Translations under genes and position numbers: made by a program
IMG/VR virus record: IMGVR_UViG_3300025127_000092
Location: 1-38,671 of that record
Length of the DNA stretch: 38,671 bases
DNA from: a virus
Lineage: Duplodnaviria; Caudoviricetes
Strand: one strand, 5' to 3'
Part shown: positions 34,925-38,671 of the stretch, one piece after another
How the letters are laid out: each line of letters starts with the position of its first letter
How positions within the stretch are numbered: position 1 is the stretch's first letter
Notes under the pieces: model-generated
What the model saw: only the letters and a program-made list of their open reading frames with translations
What the model was told of the DNA's origin: nothing
Database searches by the model: none

Positions 34925-35175
34925 TGGCAAAGACACCAGCATGGCAAAGAAAAGAAGGTAAGAATCCTAAAGGTGGCCTTAATCAAAAAGGTAGAGATTC
35001 ATACAATCGTGCAACTGGAGGTAACTTAAAAGCCCCTAGTAAAAAAGTAGGAAATAAAAGACGTGCTAGTTTTTGTGCGAGGATGAAAGGTATGAAGAAA
35101 AAATTAACTTCTGCTAAAACTGCTAATGATCCAAATTCAAGAATTAATAAAGCACTTCGTGCTTGGAATTGCTAG
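34924..35175 (+). CDS. Basic protein, DUF6321-like (83 aa)
   Basis: AWQRKEGKNPKGGLN...RRASFCARMKG...SRINKALRAWNC. Confidence 0.85.
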   Translation: MAKTPAWQRKEGKNPKGGLNQKGRDSYNRATGGNLKAPSKKVGNKRRASFCARMKGMKKKLTSAKTANDPNSRINKALRAWNC

Positions 35176-35698
35176 TTTAATTTTAATAGGTACTGCAATG
35201 GCTGATGATACAAAGATTAGAAATTTTCTTAATGATATACGTGAAGTAAAAGAAGAATATGGAAAAGATTCTTTCGAATATTCTATTCCAAATAGTTTTA
35301 TATTAACAGTTGCTACAGCAGAAACTGGTAATATGGAATTTGATGGGGCATCAACTGCTAAAAAAGCTAATAATTTTTTTGGTATCCACCCTAGTGAAGG
35401 CGATGATTTTTTACCTACAAAAGGTGGATCTAAATTAGCAAGATATGAAACACCAAAAGATAGCATTAGAGCTTTTATAAATTTAATGAAAACAGGAAGT
35501 GCATATGATGGTGTAAGAAAAGCAATAAATGAAAATAAACCTGTAGAAAGTATGTTTAATGCTATGAGTAGTTATGCAGAAAAATCAGACTATACACAAT
35601 TTTTAAATAGTGTATATAGAAGTAGAGTAAATGATATACTAAATCCAATATTACCAAAAAGAAAACCTTTAGATTTACAAATGAAAGGCATGCAATAA
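35126..35698 (+). CDS. Glucosaminidase (GH73/Bax-like) peptidoglycan hydrolase with N-terminal anchor
   Basis: TVATAETG catalytic Glu, ANNFFGI, Y...DSIRAF and YAEKSDY motifs; hydrophobic N-terminus. Confidence 0.8.
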   Translation: MIQIQELIKHFVLGIASLILIGTAMADDTKIRNFLNDIREVKEEYGKDSFEYSIPNSFILTVATAETGNMEFDGASTAKKANNFFGIHPSEGDDFLPTKGGSKLARYETPKDSIRAFINLMKTGSAYDGVRKAINENKPVESMFNAMSSYAEKSDYTQFLNSVYRSRVNDILNPILPKRKPLDLQMKGMQ

Positions 35699-36249
35699 TG
35701 GAAAATGTATATAAACAAACAGCTAGTGCACTTGGTATGAGTGAATATCTTAGTGCATATAGAACAAAACCTACTGATAATACAAAATCATTTCAAACTT
35801 TATTAGAAGATTTAGGCTATGATTTTACAAGAGATGATAATAATAATCTTGTAGGTATGCAAAAAAGCCCTGATCCTAATTTACCTAAACTAACAAGTGT
35901 ATTAGATGCTTATAGACATGCAGCATTTTCTGCTATAGAGTCAAATAAAAGAGGACCTACAATGGCTGCTATATTAGGAACAGGTAAAGAAATTAAAGAT
36001 GCATTTTCATTTGGTAAAGGTGTTATTACAGGTAGAAATGAAATAAGTAATATTCCTAAATACATGGATGCAACAAGGACAGATTCTTATAATAACAGAG
36101 TTGGTAGAAAGTTTAGTGCTACAAAATCTGATGCACTACAGCAATTAAATAAAGTATTTATTAATCAATTAAACAGAATGAAAAATGAAGGCACAAATTT
36201 TAAGTTTCAAGAAAACGTAGATTTTAAATTTGCTGACCAAGATTATTAA
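35698..36249 (+). CDS. DUF6973-like protein
   Basis: DAYRHA...KE...D.YNNRVGR motif. Confidence 0.7.
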   Translation: MENVYKQTASALGMSEYLSAYRTKPTDNTKSFQTLLEDLGYDFTRDDNNNLVGMQKSPDPNLPKLTSVLDAYRHAAFSAIESNKRGPTMAAILGTGKEIKDAFSFGKGVITGRNEISNIPKYMDATRTDSYNNRVGRKFSATKSDALQQLNKVFINQLNRMKNEGTNFKFQENVDFKFADQDY

Positions 36250-36276
36250 AGGGAAGCCTAAATTAATAGACTTCCC
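36246..36276 (-). terminator. Intrinsic terminator for the minus-strand operon
   Basis: Minus strand reads GGGAAGTCTA-TTAATT-TAGGCTTCCC then TTTAAT; the mismatch is a G-U pair only on this strand. Confidence 0.6.
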
Positions 36277-36287
36277 CCAGGCAACAC

Positions 36288-36323
36288 AGGCATTCCGTCA
36301 TTAGTCGGAGTGCCTTTTTTTTT
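36288..36323 (+). terminator. Intrinsic terminator for the late operon
   Basis: GGCATTCCG-TCATTAGT-CGGAGTGCC followed by T9. Confidence 0.9.
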
Positions 36324-36468
36324 GGCTTCTTCGATACAATGAACGATCACCCCATCTCTTAAGCCAAAACCAGTTACTTATTTTACTGGCATATCTTTCT
36401 AATCTATCCATGATAGGATTATGCCAGAAGTAATATCTAAACTCTTTGGATAAGTTCTTTAATCTCAC
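36301..36468 (-). CDS. Micro-protein (up to 55 aa), not in ORF track; start uncertain
   Basis: ...FRYYFWHNPIMDRLERYASKISNWFWLKRWGDRSLYRRSQKKRHSD fills the gap before the terminator. Confidence 0.55.
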   Translation of the reverse strand: MRLKNLSKEFRYYFWHNPIMDRLERYASKISNWFWLKRWGDRSLYRRSQKKRHSD

Positions 36469-36673
36469 CTTCTAATTTTCTTCCTACAGAATTAGCATGA
36501 TTAATAACGGCTGCACATAGATTACCATGATATGGATATCCTTTCAATGCTTCTCTAATTTTAGCAACAGGCTTACCACCATAATCAATTACAAGAGCAT
36601 TTTCTCTATTTAACCCAATCTTTAATTCAAATAAAATGCCTGTAAATTTATCAGTTTTATTTTTTTCTGGCAT
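36437..36673 (-). CDS. Hypothetical protein (78 aa)
   Basis: GGAG SD before ATG 36673 (MPEKNK). Confidence 0.75.
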   Translation of the reverse strand: MPEKNKTDKFTGILFELKIGLNRENALVIDYGGKPVAKIREALKGYPYHGNLCAAVINHANSVGRKLEGEIKELIQRV

Positions 36674-36878
36674 CAGTTTCTCCTTGTGGATTTTTAACAA
36701 AATCCGCACTAACTCTTGGGTCAAGTTGATTTAATTGTGACAAAGAACTCATTAGTTTTACTACCTCACCATAAGGTCTTGTCATTAGATATCTCATAAT
36801 ATCCATCAGTTGTTCTGATGTTATAAGATATGTTCGAGGTTCTACTTTTTGTTGGTTTTCTTCTTTCTTATCAGCCAT
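36657..36878 (-). CDS. Hypothetical protein (73 aa)
   Basis: AGGAGG SD; YLMTRPYGEV motif. Confidence 0.8.
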   Translation of the reverse strand: MADKKEENQQKVEPRTYLITSEQLMDIMRYLMTRPYGEVVKLMSSLSQLNQLDPRVSADFVKNPQGETDARKK

Positions 36879-36889
36879 CTATCCTCCTA

Positions 36890-37105
36890 TTAAAATGGTA
36901 TTGTATCGTCAAAATGTCTTTTTAGTATTTCTAATTTTTCTTCTGACGTTGCAATTTTATCTATTAGTTTATCTAATTCATCTAGAAATTGTGGATGCTC
37001 ACCTATTGCTACAGGTTTATCAAAGTAAACCCAAGCAGTAGCTTTTGCTGAAGCTATATCTGCTTCATACTTCTTTTTTAACGCATCATAAAAATTTTTA
37101 TCCAT
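36890..37105 (-). CDS. Conserved marine phage protein (IGEHP motif)
   Basis: YEADI...PVAIGEHP...KLE; TAATG-coupled start at 37105. Confidence 0.8.
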   Translation of the reverse strand: MDKNFYDALKKKYEADIASAKATAWVYFDKPVAIGEHPQFLDELDKLIDKIATSEEKLEILKRHFDDTIPF

Positions 37106-37296
37106 TACCATACCCCCTTAAATTGATAGTATTTATCTTCTATTAAATCATCATCACTAAAATACGGATTTAGTGTAGTAGGTTTTTCGTAGTGTTCTTT
37201 ACAATCTCTTATTGTTTGATTTAAGGTTCTACCTTGACGCAAACAACCTGCTACAAAATCTTCTACTTCTATTATTGCTTGTTTAACTTGACCCAT
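37105..37296 (-). CDS. Hypothetical protein (63 aa)
   Basis: GGAGG SD; MGQVKQ start. Confidence 0.75.
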   Translation of the reverse strand: MGQVKQAIIEVEDFVAGCLRQGRTLNQTIRDCKEHYEKPTTLNPYFSDDDLIEDKYYQFKGVW

Positions 37297-37627
37297 TTGT
37301 TTTTACCTCCATTATTAATCTACCTAGATACCAATTAGCTTTTTCTAAATCTTGCAAAGGTTCACCTTTAAATTTATATCTAGATACATACTTCAAAACA
37401 TTGCCTTTCAAATATCCATGATACTCATCATCTGTCATACAATCTTGTATAACTTCTATAGTTTCTTTTTTACCATGTTTATAATGAGAAGGTGAATGAA
37501 CATTATCATGTTTTCTTTCATTCTCATAAGACATATCATGACTATGATCTTTTTCATATCTGTATGTTCTTTTACCATCTATTGGTACTTCAAACACATA
37601 ATCTTTCCAAGATTTATCTTCTGCCAT
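37283..37627 (-). CDS. DUF3310 / T7 gp1.7-like nucleotide kinase
   Basis: VHSPSHY...ETIEVI...GNVLKYVSRY..KG...DLEKANWYL; AGGAG SD before ATG 37627. Confidence 0.85.
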   Translation of the reverse strand: MAEDKSWKDYVFEVPIDGKRTYRYEKDHSHDMSYENERKHDNVHSPSHYKHGKKETIEVIQDCMTDDEYHGYLKGNVLKYVSRYKFKGEPLQDLEKANWYLGRLIMEVKTNGSS

Positions 37628-38357
37628 ATTCTCTCCTAATTGTATTATAGTCAATAGTTTCTATATTATAATGACCACCTTGTACATTACGTTTTACAAT
37701 TATACCACTCCACCACATATGCTGTGTATCTCTAGCAAAATGTTCTTTATGATTTAAATAACATCCTGCAGATAATGCATGTAACTTTTTACCATTTGGT
37801 AATGTAGATGTAGCATAATCTAATAAATGACTATGACCTACTGTAGCAGAAACTTTATGTTTTGTCAATAGTGTTCTTGCAATATTTTCACCAGATATTG
37901 CACTACCTAATATACCAGAGGGAAAATGATGTGCATAATATATACCGTCAATCACCTTGTTAGATTTATATGGCACTTCTTGCCAACCAAATGCTTTAAA
38001 ATTTAAATCACTAATTTTTAAAGTACCATCTAGTTCTGGATTTTCATCTACAAATCTATCAATCCTATCCTCATGATTACCATGCAACATAATCTTTTTA
38101 GCTTTATGTTTTCCTAAACCTTTATTAAACATAGCTAATGCTTGATGTGAATGTTCCATGTCCTTTCTATATCTTCTACCTTCAAATGATTTTTTCTTTT
38201 TATCATATGATGATAAAGAATCCATACTACAGAAGTCTCCCATACAAATAATATGAGTTGCCCCTACATCTGCTGCTAGTCTACCTGCCCACAGAAATCT
38301 TTCATTGCTTGCTTTAGGTGTGCAATGAGGGTCACCTATTACAACATGTGTTGCCAT
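37614..38357 (-). CDS. Calcineurin-like metallophosphoesterase
   Basis: GDPH, MGD, GNHE, H and GHSH motifs. Confidence 0.92.
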   Translation of the reverse strand: MATHVVIGDPHCTPKASNERFLWAGRLAADVGATHIICMGDFCSMDSLSSYDKKKKSFEGRRYRKDMEHSHQALAMFNKGLGKHKAKKIMLHGNHEDRIDRFVDENPELDGTLKISDLNFKAFGWQEVPYKSNKVIDGIYYAHHFPSGILGSAISGENIARTLLTKHKVSATVGHSHLLDYATSTLPNGKKLHALSAGCYLNHKEHFARDTQHMWWSGIIVKRNVQGGHYNIETIDYNTIRREYGRR

Positions 38358-38671
38358 TAATTTAACTCCTTATCACGTTTCATTTTTAAATATTCAAGAA
38401 AATCAACTATATTATCATCAGTATCAAATTCTGCAATAGAATTAATACTAAGATCTTTTTCATTGCTTTTCTTGTCATCGGCAAATCCACGTAAACCCCA
38501 CAGAAACGTTGAATGTGGGTCACTGGTTGCCATTTTTATCATGCCTCTAGCTATCGTAGAACATAATTCGTACTCTTCTGTGGACATTTTGGACCTACTA
38601 TCCATTACAATACCACATGTAAAACCTTTTTGCCAAGGAGAAACAAGCACCTTGATTGAATTTAATAAACT
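38357..38671 (-). CDS. Hypothetical protein, 5'-truncated by the window edge
   Basis: The frame stays open to base 38671 (SLLNSIKVLVSPWQKG...NIVDFLEYLK). Confidence 0.7.
   Translation of the reverse strand, partial: SLLNSIKVLVSPWQKGFTCGIVMDSRSKMSTEEYELCSTIARGMIKMATSDPHSTFLWGLRGFADDKKSNEKDLSINSIAEFDTDDNIVDFLEYLKMKRDKELN

Noticed and set aside
1-38671. CRISPR array, tRNA, integrase/att site, alternative genetic code
   Set aside because: I saw no regularly spaced repeats, cloverleaf or recombinase by eye; genes are intact under the standard code.

Overview
This window is about 38.7 kb of an AT-rich marine podovirus genome. Gene order and the capsid, portal and tail-fibre sequences resemble HMO-2011-type / HTVC103P-like pelagiphages as I recall them (no database search was run), so a SAR11-like host is plausible but inferred. 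Bases 1-530 are non-coding and palindrome-rich and hold two back-to-back perfect sigma70 promoters. The + strand (538-36249) is one long morphogenesis/late region. In order it encodes TerS, TerL, portal, scaffold, major capsid, adaptor, nozzle and tail fibre. Next come three paralogous glycine-rich fibre-tip-like proteins and four 2OG-Fe(II) dioxygenase-fold genes with their own promoter, one apparently catalytically dead. Internal virion/ejection proteins, a lysis module and a dense cluster of very basic micro-proteins follow. Convergent terminators at 36251-36323 separate this from the 3' end of a minus-strand operon (metallophosphoesterase, DUF3310-like, small ORFs). The best candidates for new biology are a possible hydroxylase-based modification system for the Gly/Pro-rich fibre proteins, the basic micro-protein cluster (with an ArfA-like peptide and a split DUF5872-like gene), and a gene overprinted on the portal tail. 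Several short ORFs missing from the supplied track were translated by hand. No tRNA, CRISPR, integrase or reverse transcriptase was seen.
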